From Raillietiella orientalis (taxonomy: Eukaryota): a stretch of DNA of 64,000 nt. A program made the translations under genes and the position numbers. Of this stretch, positions 52,125-64,000 are shown one piece after another; the stretch's first letter is position 1, and each line of letters begins with the position of its first letter. The stretch covers positions 992,001-1,056,000 of the forward strand of contig JAYWIR010000017.1 of assembly GCA_036172245.1 (NCBI GenBank), in the 5' to 3' direction. The notes under the pieces are model-generated. The model did no database searches. It was not told where the DNA came from and saw only the letters and a list, made by a program, of their open reading frames with translations.

Positions 52125-53423
52125 TCACTTGCGCTGACGAACTTCTCCTGAGTGATCTTGGCTAGATTTTCTGGGCAGAGGAGCAGCCACAATGGTTGTG
52201 CTGGCCATGCCACAATCAACTCACGTGATCATAGCTGAGGTGGGCTCAGCTTCACTGTCTTCATCCTGGGAGCGAGAACGGCGTCGCTCATATATAAGGA
52301 TGAGAGCACACAGCAGTACCACCTCAATGACAATACCCAAAAAGGGCCAGAGTGCAGCATAGCGATCTACAGCAGCTCAATGCCTGGGCCCACATATTTC
52401 GATGCTTACCTTTGACTCGAACCAAAATAGTGCTGTTAGCTGAACCAGCTGGACTACTGGCTAAACAGGAATACATTGCACGGTCATCTAGGGTCACTTG
52501 ATTAATCATTAGAATGGCATCTTGACTGCCTTTTTCATCTGACAAAAAACGAATGCGAGAACCATTTAACTCTTCATGAGATGGATTGGGGGTAAGTAGC
52601 TCTCCTTCAATATACCACGTTATGATTGGTTTAGGAACTCCTTCTGCACGGCAGTGTAATCGAAGCGTATCACCCTCAACCAGATTTAGACTTTTATGAA
52701 ACAAATCTAGATGTGGGGCCACTGTAACCAAGCAATTTTATGAGTTTTTTTTTTTTCCCCCTGGAACTCAACTCACAGTGAGTTTGAATACTTCTATCCT
52801 CAATTCCTGTAGAGCATGTATATTCTCCTACATCACTTAGCTCAACTGATAAAATATGAAGTGTATGATTATCATTCTCCAAAAAAATATTTTCTCTCAG
52901 TTCTAAAGGAGAATTATCCTTGGACCACTGGATAGGCAAATCTTGCATATCGGTGGTATTGCACTGAATAAGCAATGGCTTTCCAAGATGCATTACTATC
53001 ACATTGTCATAGTCAAAATTGGTTACAATTAGGGCATCTGGAAGCAAAACAAGTTTTTCGGAATCGAATATTAAGATAAATGAAGTTTACTCAGATGTAC
53101 ATAAAAAATCACGTTAGCAGGATGAGAATATGTTGCATTAATATATGACTAAAATTTTGCGTTACATTAAGATTTGTGTGCAGGTTGCTTCAGCTATTAT
53201 AAACTATTGAAGGAAACAATTAGAACTACGTAAAGAGCAGTAAACTAATGATGACGTCTCACCAGCAGAGATTCACATATTAGTAGCTGACGTATTGATA
53301 TATGTCAATGCACGAGTACTTTCAATCAAATTCACAAAATATCGCATTGCAGACCACTGATCTAAACTTACCTGTGTAAACATGAATAAGTAGACCAAAG
53401 AAATGTACGAAAAGAATGGTCAT
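52125..53423 (-). CDS. BSG: Basigin/neuroplastin-like two-Ig membrane protein. Exons 53423-53372, 53037-52777, 52721-52410, 52366-52225, 52170-52125.
   Basis: It has a signal-like MTILFVHFFGLLIHVYT, Ig1 (LIQC..IQWSKD..DVGEYTC) and Ig2 (GDTLRLHCRAEGVPKPIITW..DRAMYSC..ILVRVK). These are followed by TM AALWPFLGIVIEVVLLCALILIYERRR with the conserved Glu and a C-terminal VRQRK. Confidence 0.88.
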
Positions 53424-55875
53424 TTTCACATATAGCTTCACTGCATTATCATTAATTACGTACAATTTCCTGAATTTATCACATATGTCTTAATTTTTAT
53501 TTTTACCCATTCTCCATGCTTTAACACAGGCGTAGTCTGCAGTGTTACCTGATTTAGTGTCGAAGCACTCAGTTATACTTTTGACTCACAACTGTACAGA
53601 AGTCGTTATTATGCAAAGTTACTGCAAACAATATCATGTTTGGAATTGCTATTCCTCTACTGTGTAACCTTATGTAATTGTGGTTTAATACCTATTTCAG
53701 GAGTTTCAAAAATACACAAAATGCAAATCTAAGGAGTGAAATAATAATAATTATGATGATAAAGAATTACAAACAAATTTGCCCATTGCTTCTAAGGAAC
53801 AAATGCACTTTACCAGTCTTCAAGAAAACTTAGTATTTGGCTTCTAAATTCAAAACAAATGAAGAGATTTTGTTTTCAGTTTTAATTAATCAAATACCTG
53901 CTTCATGTCCTCCGTGAAAAAAAAAAAAAACCGTATTGAGATAAAGACATAGTAATTACATCTTGTACTTGATGACAAACTGTGTGGTTGTTGTTATTGA
54001 GCATGCTTGCTTTCCTGATCATGGATGGATTTATAATTTAGCTGACAAGAGGAACAGGTGTTTGATATTCTTTTTTGACCGTATATAATAGTACTTAATT
54101 CCAGTTTCAATGGTGCTTTTTTGTCTTCTAATATTTTCCATTTTACTAATCTTTAAAAACTGTGAATTTTTAACGGAAACAAAGTCCACATTCTATACAG
54201 GCGCAAAATTTCCTCCCTAATAAAAGCATTGTGCACATGGAAACTATAGGCATTTGCATATATGAATAATTGCTCCTTTCCCCTGTAAACTAAGAAACTA
54301 CTGCATGTTGAAATTGGTGAAGTACACGTTATAATTTCTAATGCATTTTCTTTTATGCTCACAAGACCTACTGGTTGCTTTGAGTAACTTGATCCCATGT
54401 TTACGGAAACAGTTGTTTTAAAAAATCTGCCGTGGAATCCACTTGTTTACTTTTAGTTTGATACAAATTTCCTTGAAAGATATCACATTTGCGTATCAGA
54501 TCATTCATATTTCTTTACCACTACCATCTCTTCGTTCGCATAAATTATATCGACCTTATCTTTCCCATTTGCATTGATTTTATGTGAAGATGTGCGTTCC
54601 CAATCTTCGTTATCCTCATGTTTTTCTTTTAATACATTTTTGCTTATTAAGTGAAGATTCCTTAAGCTACCCGCGCCAAGTTCCGAAACGTTTTGAATTC
54701 GTGGAGTCTACACAAATCTACACAGACTAATTAGTGTGAATGAATGCTTGGCTTCGACAGCTGATTCTGAGCATTTTCTTTAGTTTTCAATTCTCTGTTG
54801 CCATCATATAGAACTATATAACAAAAATGACAAAAGAAAAACGTGAAATCTTCCGTGCGTGAGAACTCTGATGCTTTTGGGGCGGTCGGTATCGCATGCG
54901 ACCTCTCCGCCTCAGCTGTTCTAGCTCGCGATTCGATTTTATTCTTTCCCTATTTACCCTACCCTCTGTTTGGCTGTATTATTTTGTGAATTCATGTCAG
55001 TTAATCGTTAAGGTTTTCCCCAATGCCATTCACTTATTCCAAGAAATGCTAACAAAATGTTAAAAAATAAATAAATTATTGCTTACATGTAATAGGAAGG
55101 GTTGCTAAATAGTATTGGAGTTGCGCCATTTAGTGTTTATAAAACGTGAATTTTTTTTCCAATGGAAAACTATGGGCTTCAAAAATTATTTTGGGAGAAC
55201 AAAGTAATGAGGAAGATATACCTTTGTGCTTATCCGAAATTCTTACGACTTGAAAATTATTCCAAAGTTTAGATTCTAACTTTCGGAGTTTGTGTGCAAA
55301 GAGAAAAAAATAGTTATCCTATAAAGTGCAGGGCAAAATCCGTTTCGCAAATGTCGGTGTGAAAAATCATACAACAAAGACCAAGCTAATGCAAACTTCA
55401 AAGACCCCAACATTATACAGTACATTAGTGCGTAATTAAAAAAACACAGTTTAATTTCAGTATGCAACTAACTGCAATCCCTTTGATTGTTGTCGTAATA
55501 TCCGGTTGGGGCAAACTTGTAAAAGACTTCAAAATTTTTGCTAAAAAATAGTCCAGTCAGTCTTATTCACACTTTCTGGCTCCACAACTACACATTTTCA
55601 GATGCAAACCATTTTTTTTTTTTTTTTGCCATTTTTCCTCAACATCTGCTGGTATCAGCGATAATCCAGAGCTATACCCAATCAAGTTCTGAATGATTAC
55701 TGATTATCCCATTGCTAGAGTTCATAATAAAGTTCATGTCAGCAGGAGCAACAGCATGCAATGCCCTGCAATCTGCATAAAAAGCTTGTGCCACTCCTGA
55801 CTGTTAGAAAGTCTATACTTTTTGAGTATGCCATGAAGGAATGGACAAAATGGAAAGGCAGAGTAAATGCACCAG

Positions 55876-57168
55876 TCAAGCAGATGAGATTCTATCTGTA
55901 GATGAAGATACACATGGATCCTGATCATGTGGAGATTCATCACTTGAAGAAGGAGACATAGGAAGGGAATTAAATGGGGGTGAGCTGTCAGAATAACTGT
56001 CACTGGCATCATTGCTTTCATCAACTGACAATTGGTCATGAGGAAACAAAGGTAGGGGATTTGCATCTTTCCATGTCTTTTTTTTCTCAAAAACCATGCT
56101 TTTCAATAAAGCCTCAAATTTATCTTCTGCTGATAAACTGACATTTTGTGCAGTGCTGGCTCGTGCTTTAGACTCTTCTGGTTCACTGTGGTCACTCCAG
56201 TCTTCCAAAAGACTGCGTCGAAGTTCTTCATTAGCATGGGATGAGGACCGTACCACTTTATTTTTCTTGTGTTGCCGTGGATTTACAGAGGGTCTTTGAA
56301 TAGACTCCTGATCTTTGACCTTTTGATGGCACCGACTGTGCAGTAATAAGTTGTTGAGTCGTGTTGTTTGAAAATCACAACGTTCACAAGAAAAAGGATG
56401 CCCAGTATTCGTTTCTGACTCCATAGGAAAGTTGGATTGCTGTTCCCGAATAAAAACTTTATGCTGCTGAGCACCTGGCTGAAACCTAAAAGCAAACTGG
56501 AAGTCACAGTAAAGAGCATTCTGACCTAGGATGAGTGATAGGACGTTGAGAAGAATTCTTTTTTGAGCTACGTGCTTTCATCATTTTCCTAGGTTTTTGA
56601 GTACCATGAGAAACACATGTCAATTCCTTGTGACTTGAAACTTTTCTTTTGACTGTTGTATTGTTGATTCTGTTGATTCGTTTTTTGTTTTCCTTCCTAG
56701 GTGATGGCAATGATGGAGCACCGAAGAGAGAAGCCCACTGAGGCTTGAGAATAAGATCTTTAAGCACCACAGGTTTCCCTCCTGTAGCTTTTTCAGCCAG
56801 CTGCATGCTATGTTCAAATAAATTGCGGAGAGCCACATCTGAAATGCCTGAAACCATAAGGTGTAGCTCTATAATAATTGCAAAGAAACTCACGAGCACC
56901 CCGCCTCAAAAAATCCTCTTTGACCAAGGGATCATTATAGGCATGCAACTGCTGCCCTTCAGCCACTACATCACTGGAAACCATAGAGACTCTCTTTTAA
57001 GTGTTTCACTCACTATTCATCTTCTCCCAGATACTGAATGACTGCTTGAATAGGTCCTGATCCCAAATCCAAGTCTGGAGGCCAATCATTCTGGCTCTGA
57101 ACCTGTGCAGGCCACCACATGCGGCGCCAACGAGCCCACACAATATTGCCTTCTTTAAATTGTGTCAT
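55876..57168 (-). CDS. PWWP-domain + C2H2 zinc-finger chromatin protein. Exons 57168-57014, 56973-56894, 56847-56526, 56485-55876; the 3' end is uncertain.
   Basis: The N-terminus FKEGNIVWARWRRMWWPAQV..VIQYLGEDEY..LFEHSMQLAEK is a PWWP fold. A basic linker follows, then the C2H2 finger FSCERCDFQTTRLNNLLLHSRCH, LLEDWSD and an acidic Ser-rich tail. Splice phases are consistent. Confidence 0.85.
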
Positions 57169-60100
57169 ACCATCAACAGATCATTGAAGGATCACAGGTG
57201 TACTTGCTGGATCATGCAACAAATGTAACATAATAAATAACCAAAGAGTATTTAGTTTTATCTAAAGTTATATTGTAAATGAGAAACTAAGAATTCATGC
57301 CCATGCTATGATTTACCAATCTTATTTTTCCTCTCTCTTTTCACAAAAAAATGATAAATGGAAAAACACTTTACTAGCAGAGCCATAATAAACAACGTAA
57401 GTAAAATGTTTGAATGTATGTATACATACTTAGCTGATGAACTAGGGAATAAAAAAACCGACTATAAGCACATTAAATACAAGTTTCAAAGTCCCCATTA
57501 AATTCTCAAAATTACGCAGTTTACACAGACACATTGACAGTCATAAAGCCAAAAGATCATGGATTTTTCCTGAATTTCATGTATGAAACCTTATTAAAAA
57601 TGCATGAAAGGTAATTTCCTAAATCATTAAAATTCTACTGCCCAATAATATTCTTAAAATACAGTAAATCAGTGGAAATTAATGTTTCACACATTTGGTT
57701 TTCCTTCAATATCCATCTTTAAAGGCCTTACACTAAATTATGCAGAGTTTCATTGCATTTTCATTTTGTGCTAACAATGAAATTTGTTGTTCAGTATGTG
57801 AAATAGCTACTTCAACTACAAACTAGATTTAAGAACTCATTAACACATTTCTTGGCAGCATCATTGCAAATATATAGGAGCATCAACACTTGACAGTTAA
57901 TAATAATCACGAAAATGAAATTTAACGACAGTAAACACAAAGGCAATGGGTACACCTAATGAGCCATCAACCCTGAGATTTTAATCATATGACTGAATGC
58001 ATTCATTGCCACTCTATCAGGAGGAAGAAATTACTAGGCAATGAACTGTGAAAAGAAGTATTCAATGAAACTCAAATAACTGATCACGAGCATTTTGCTT
58101 TGTTTTGTTTCGAAAAGCTTTCAATTGATCTTTGTATATCAAATAGGCTGCAATCCAAAATAATGGCACATCTGAAAAAATACACACACAGCTGTACAAA
58201 AACTTTTCTCGGATTAAAAGTCTATTACTCTACATGCGTTCAAACCCAGGAATGGAGATTAAACTACACAACCAATGGCAGAGAGCAGAGTTCTCGGTAA
58301 TATGGCATTCTACAAAAATCACCGCTTTTGGAACGATGAAGGCCTTTGCCGATTGTATCATTTTGTATACGCATAAATCGTTTACGTTTACATGTACTTT
58401 TACAGCACCAACAACCCAGAAGCATCGGGGGCAACTACAATGGCACACCTGGTTGTTGGGCAGATTTCACGTTCAACTTTCTACACATTTTGCGAGAACA
58501 CTTTTAATCTGGTAAACCCTTGAAATTTGTACGCTAATGTAAGTACTTAAGCGACACGGCTTTCCTGAATCATGGGGTACTTCACTTACTACAACCACAC
58601 AAACATTTGTAACTGAAGTATGCCATCATTGTTACCGACGAATCAATGAGTAATCAAAGTGTGCTCCATTCTACGCTTTTTTCTGTTTATAAAAATGCAT
58701 CCTACCGATAGATTTCCACATATCATCCAAGCAAACTCTTTGATCAATGCAAACATGCAACTTTGTGAAGTCGTTCGAACATTTTTGCTTTTTTCAAAAT
58801 AATTTTATGCTTACGCCAGAAGACCAGTCGAATCCTGATGGCCTGAATGATGCAAAGTTCTTCACATGTTATCTGACTAAAGACACTGATAGTTGTCAAA
58901 AATGGTTCAATTACGAGAATGTATCAGATACTGAGTTGAGATCTTCGGAGCTTAAGCAAAGCAACATTTAGAGGAGACCCTCACGGCTTCACGCTCTAAC
59001 CTTAAAAATATGCTTCGCAAAAGCGAGCAAAATTGCTGATTTTTTTTTTTTTTTTCCTCATTCTGTTTGGGCTATTGGGAAGAAATTTCTCAAATCCAGG
59101 TAACAGTCTTAGAATCACAAGACTTTAAGGAGAATCCCAATGAGTGAAAAGCTCTATCGTTTTGTTGTTTTTGTTGAGAAAATTCCATACTTTTACAAGG
59201 CTTTTCAGCATGGAGAACTTGAGAACAGCTTAACCATATACGTAACCTGGAACAGAGTCGTATACGGTGGTAGAATAGAGCGAACTTCACAAAACTATCG
59301 AAAATGGAGAAAGAAAAATAGAAAGTTTTGAGCCGAACTACCTGTTATTTACAATTTGAGCTTCATTGTTTTGTGCTTGAAAAATACTATCAAAAAGAAA
59401 ATAACGGGTCAAGGCAAGCGGCACATGTTTGTCCAGTACAGCCCGTGTGCGCTTATTGGAAGTGTGCAAACCAATTCAATTATAATCAAACTAAGAGCAT
59501 TGACGTATTATGTGATGATAATTGTTGGGGGAAAAACTACAATAAATTAGAATGGAATAGAATTAACTATATAATTGAGCTTTCTTTGGGAAATTACATG
59601 ACATCGAGAATATGTTTATATAGAGGTGAATCCCACAAGATCCATATTTTGGAGCAGCCCAAAAGAGCCTTCTTCGCTGCAACCCACAAGAAATGTGCTG
59701 CCATGGATTACAATCTCATATAATTTAGCACAATCAGATGTGAAATTTACAAAAGCCAGTTTATTTACTTGACATGAATGTCCTCTAATTTCAGTCTCAG
59801 CTATTAGATTAATTATCTTCCACAGAATCAAACTGAAGGGATGCTCAAAGGAAAATTTTGCCAAACAAGAATTGCGTTCATAAAATAAGAAGCAAAATCT
59901 GGAGAGGGAGTAGAAAGACTAGAATTCTAAATAAAATTTTATCATTCAGTTGCGTCTCAGATGAATCATATTTTCGAGAAAATTTCACAAAAATAAAGTT
60001 TCAAAGAACAATTCCAGGAGAGTATCGGGAGATGTGCAAAAAAGCATTGAGGAGATTCGTCATGGCTGCTTGAGAGTAATAAAGGACCGAATCAAGCTGG

Positions 60101-63100
60101 CTAGAGAGAATCGTTTTCGGCGAGTTTCTACGAGACAGAGATGACAGAACATTTGAGGCAACAGCAAGAAATAAATCTTTTATTCCTGTGCACGCATATG
60201 TTACTGAAATTATCGCAAAGATAAAATGGCAAGAAAGATGAAAAAGATATAAATTAACAGAGATTTTAGAGTGCTTATCGAACTTATACATCTCTTATGA
60301 CAGATTTACCGATATATATTGTATATGCTGGTATCCAGATATGCAGGTATCCAGTGAAGGAGGAGGAAAGCTGCCCTTTGCCCACCTTCTCATGTTCCCT
60401 TCTTTGCCCTCTTCCGCCGCGCTGGGAGGCAGAGCCCCTCCTCCTCCGTCCCCGGTACCTTGTTTCCGGCTGGCCTCCCTCTCGCTTCGAAGGGGAATGC
60501 TCCCTTCCCCGGGAGGCGACCAGGAAAAGGAATTGGAGAAGGGAGGGAGAGAACGAGAGACCTGAGACGTCCTCCTCCGGGAGACCGACCTCCTTCGACT
60601 TCAGTCATCGAAACCCCCTCAGGCAATGTCTTAAAATCCACGACGGGAGGCTCCAAGGGGGAAGACACGGGATGCTCTCGGTGCTCCAGCTCTCCTTGGA
60701 GCGCGCCCTGGGAATCACACATCCGCTACCCAGAACCTTCTTCCTGAAGGGGATGCTCTTCGATCTCGCGGGCGTCTGGCGGAGATGGGAGCACCACTCC
60801 TCTTCTGGCCCAGAGAAGGACCGTAAACAAGGCGGTGCACCGCCGCCCAGGGATCGTCGGAAACTTGATGGGAAGGCAGCAGCCCCCTCTCCCTTGCGGG
60901 CGGACCGCACCATCGTCCGTCTCCAATCACGGCTCGTGGATGGCAATCCCTACCCCTACTCCCTGCTCATCCACTGCCCAGGTCGCTCACCGGGAGTGAG
61001 CAATGAGGAGTCCGAAACTCCCTCTGTGCCCCCCTCCCCGCTTCCTCTACCCCGGAACCGGCCGAGCGAGAGAGTTCTCCTCCTGGGAAGAACGCTGCTC
61101 GCGCTCCTCGTCTTCACGGCTACGGGAGTGAATCCCACAGGGGAGGCTTCTGGATACCACACTTCCTGGTGTGTTCTGCCTCCGTCCTTTAGGTCGTCGG
61201 GTGCTCCTCCTCCGAAGGAACGCACGCGCGCCACCGCGAGGACCCTCGTCAGCGTGGGGGGAGCGCGCAGGTTGCCCTCCCTCCGGCCGGAGAATCGCCG
61301 AGCTCAGTGGTCGTCGGCCTTGGATCGACGGTCTGCAGACATCCGTGGTGTCCCCATGCCTTCCTCCTCGGGTAGCCTTCGAGGCTGGCAGGAGGCGCAG
61401 GAGGGCGCGCGGCCGTGGGCTCTCCGTCTCCTCCTCTTTTTCCGCCTGCCTCGATTCCGAATCCGCCGATGGGGTCTTGGAAGGGGTGAGGGATGGAGTG
61501 AGGCGGGAGCTCCTTTTACACGCATCGGAGCACCGGAGAGTCATCGGACTTAGCGCGGTAAGGGGCCGAAGACGATGACCTCGCTCGCGAATTTTGTCCC
61601 GTCCCTAGAGAGTCTCCATCAAGTCGTTGGCCGAGAACCTAGGGTGGATGGGAGGAACCTCGAGTGCTTTCTCCTCCTCCTCCCCGGCGTTCCCAAGTCA
61701 TGGAGCGTGCTGTGGCATGGCCACTAAAGCATCCTTGCACGCCCCCTGGCAACAGCGCTACCATCTTTGGCTTTATTTTCCTCCCCAAACTAGGGAGACC
61801 CTGGGAGGGGTCAATCCAGAACATATCAAAAGGGGGATTTTCTCCCTTCGACATGTTCTGGCTTCCTCGGCTCCGGTTTTTGGGAGAATCTGGAACAGCA
61901 AGGGCACTTCCCTCGTTTGCTTTTCGCTGGAATGGGAGAGAGTGCCTCCGGAGTAAAGGTTCCTCCCCTGGAATGCCGTACTCTAGGAGATTGGGAGCAG
62001 AGGAAGAGGGTGGAGGAAGAGAAAGGGGGTGGGAACGTTGGTTCCTGATGGCGGAACCTGGACCGAGCCCTCACACCCGTCGCCCGCAGCCTCGCATCCG
62101 CCAGAGGAAGAGACCGCTAGCCGCGGCGCGCCAGGTGCCCACGGATGATCCCTGTGGCAATCGTGACCATGTCAGCTCATCCGCTCGAAAGAGCCTTCAG
62201 ACGGACTCCAAAGCGGCGGCGGCTTTGCCGCGTTAGGGCGGAAGGGAGGGACTGTTGGCTCTAGGTCTGAGAAAACGAGTCACTTCCCAGAAGAACTGAT
62301 GCCTTGCAAGATGACCTGGACAGGATGGGGATCAGACATGGTTCGTAATCGCGACTTTCCATAGGTCTCGAAGGTCTTGACTTTTATGAAAGCTTTGGGC
62401 GTTAGAAGATGAGGGCAGTCCTGGGGGCTTAAGGAGAGTGAAGCGAGGCGAGGTCACAGAAGACTTTGGCTTTCGAAGTCTTAATTTCCAAGGTCCTGAC
62501 CTTGAAAACTGAATCCAACTCAATCCTGCTGCACTCTGTTTAGCGAACGAGAGTTCCGGAATCCCAGGATTTCATCCATGAGCATAACATGAGATGGACA
62601 GGAGCCTTGCGAATCCTGCATGCGCCCTTAGCTGGAGGCCTTCAGCAAGGACAGAGACTTCGAGAGGTAGAGTGAAAGTGGCGGGACTTGTCTTTCCATC
62701 CTCCCACGAGCATTTCCTGGGGACAACCCGAGTCAAAGGAAGTCCGTTTCCGGGGAGCGCTGGTGCCGAACTCCGTGGTGGCGGCATCGCAAGGAACTGA
62801 CGGTATTCACCTTTTCCTTTTCCTCCTTCATTGGGAACAGCCGCTGGACATTGTCCCAGATCTTCAGCTGCCAGCCATGCTTACGGACAGTTTCACTCTC
62901 CCCTTAAAGCAGCAGGAGTCGGCGTTGTTGGTTCTTCATCGGGAGCTCTCATGCAAAGCACTCCTGCACCACTGGAACAGGAAGAGTGCAGATTCCAACT
63001 TTGCCGGCTACGGGGAAGAGAAACCCTGCCGCACCTGCCTGTGGACTGTCTTGCCCTTGGCCGCTTTGAAAAGTCTCTGAAACGGACCCTCAAGAGCCCT

Positions 63101-63593
63101 AACACGCCCAATGTTCCCTCGAACATTGGGCATGGTAGAACTTGAAGTGGCTCCACTGCTTCCTTGATTCTATGTTTACTGTTTTCAATAGACTCCCCGT
63201 CGAATCTGACTGATAAACCTCTTCCTTCTTCACACTGCACTCGCTTCGGATCGCAGACGCGATCCCAAGAAAACGCTCTCTGCGTAGGTGGGATGGCTTT
63301 ATTTCCGTGCCACCGCAAACGTCCCATAATCGTTTCGCAAGAGTGCATTTGAGGAAGAAACGTTTCGCCTTCCGGGTGACTCCTGGTCAAGGCTCCCAAG
63401 ATGCCGCCTGGGATCGAAAGTGTACTACATACGCAAAAATCCCTTAGAAATGCTCAGTAACTTTTTTGGACTGGGCTCTGATGTCATTTTCAGATTCTGA
63501 GCTTATAAAACGGAAACATACAGGACAGAGCAAATAACAAGGCAATGGGTGCACAAATATTCTTGTGGGAAACTGCTGCAAAGTAAAAACCTT

Positions 63594-63685
63594 AGCAACA
63601 GAAGTCATGGAAACCGCAACAATGGAAGCCGTGGAATCCGCAACAATGGAAATCACGGAAACCGGAACAATGGAAGTCGTGGGAA
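63594..63685. repeat. Short tandem repeat, 24-bp unit, about 4 diverged copies
   Basis: Units read CGCAACAATGGAAGCCGTGGAATC / CGCAACAATGGAAATCACGGAAAC / CGGAACAATGGAAGTCGTGGGAAG, preceded by a partial unit. Confidence 0.8.
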
Positions 63686-64000
63686 GTGCAGCGATATAAA
63701 CTCCGACGAATCAGATCGCGAACAGATCGGAAATACTGGTAATCAAATAGCAATCTGCGTACATGTGCCTTTGTTTCGTTTGCTTCTTGGTTGCAGCAAA
63801 AGCTTAGCTACTACCGCTCCTCCCTGTGTTTGGTCCGATCATTAAGCCAGAACTGAGATTAAAAAAACAAATATTTGGTAGCCGACAATGACCCCACAAT
63901 CTCGTTACTGCATTCCGTAACGGAGGCACACTTACGAAGAAGTAAAGAAGAATGGATCATTCTGGAACGAGATACAATACAGCTGCAGACATTATGTTCT

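Noticed and set aside
53260..53320. Extra basigin exon ending at a GTGAGA donor
   Set aside because: The phase-1 acceptors tested gave in-frame stops, so it was not included in the model.
58400..60130. Ionotropic receptor-like remnant (GCWADFTFNFLHILREHF; EYREMCKKALRRF)
   Set aside because: Only isolated short resemblances with stops; no coherent TM or exon chain was found.
63594..63685. CRISPR-like array
   Set aside because: The units are contiguous with no unique spacers, there are no cas genes, and the context is eukaryotic.

Overview
This window is animal (ecdysozoan, probably arthropod-type) nuclear DNA with very short spliceosomal introns, mostly about 38-90 nt. It is not prokaryotic, and I found no CRISPR array, phage or defence system. 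Six conserved genes could be rebuilt exon by exon from GT/AG sites and reading phase. They are a nicotinic acetylcholine receptor alpha subunit (5' part, minus strand), haspin kinase, ADP-ribosylhydrolase ARH3 starting one base after the haspin stop, an EPB41L4A-like FERM gene with a 10.7-kb first intron, a basigin/neuroplastin-like Ig gene, and a PWWP + C2H2 zinc-finger gene. These mostly sit in AT-rich, CpG-poor blocks that alternate with strongly GC/CpG-rich blocks. The GC-rich blocks hide divergent spliced genes (a CUB-like gene and a cystatin-like exon), a duplicated exon-intron-exon module, two copies of a tRNA-headed SINE-like repeat and fold-back elements. A 28S rRNA fragment lies inside the nAChR intron. 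The strongest leads are the haspin-ARH3 near-fusion or dicistronic arrangement, and a second phase-compatible Ig+TM cassette downstream of basigin. All calls come from reading by eye; no searches were run.
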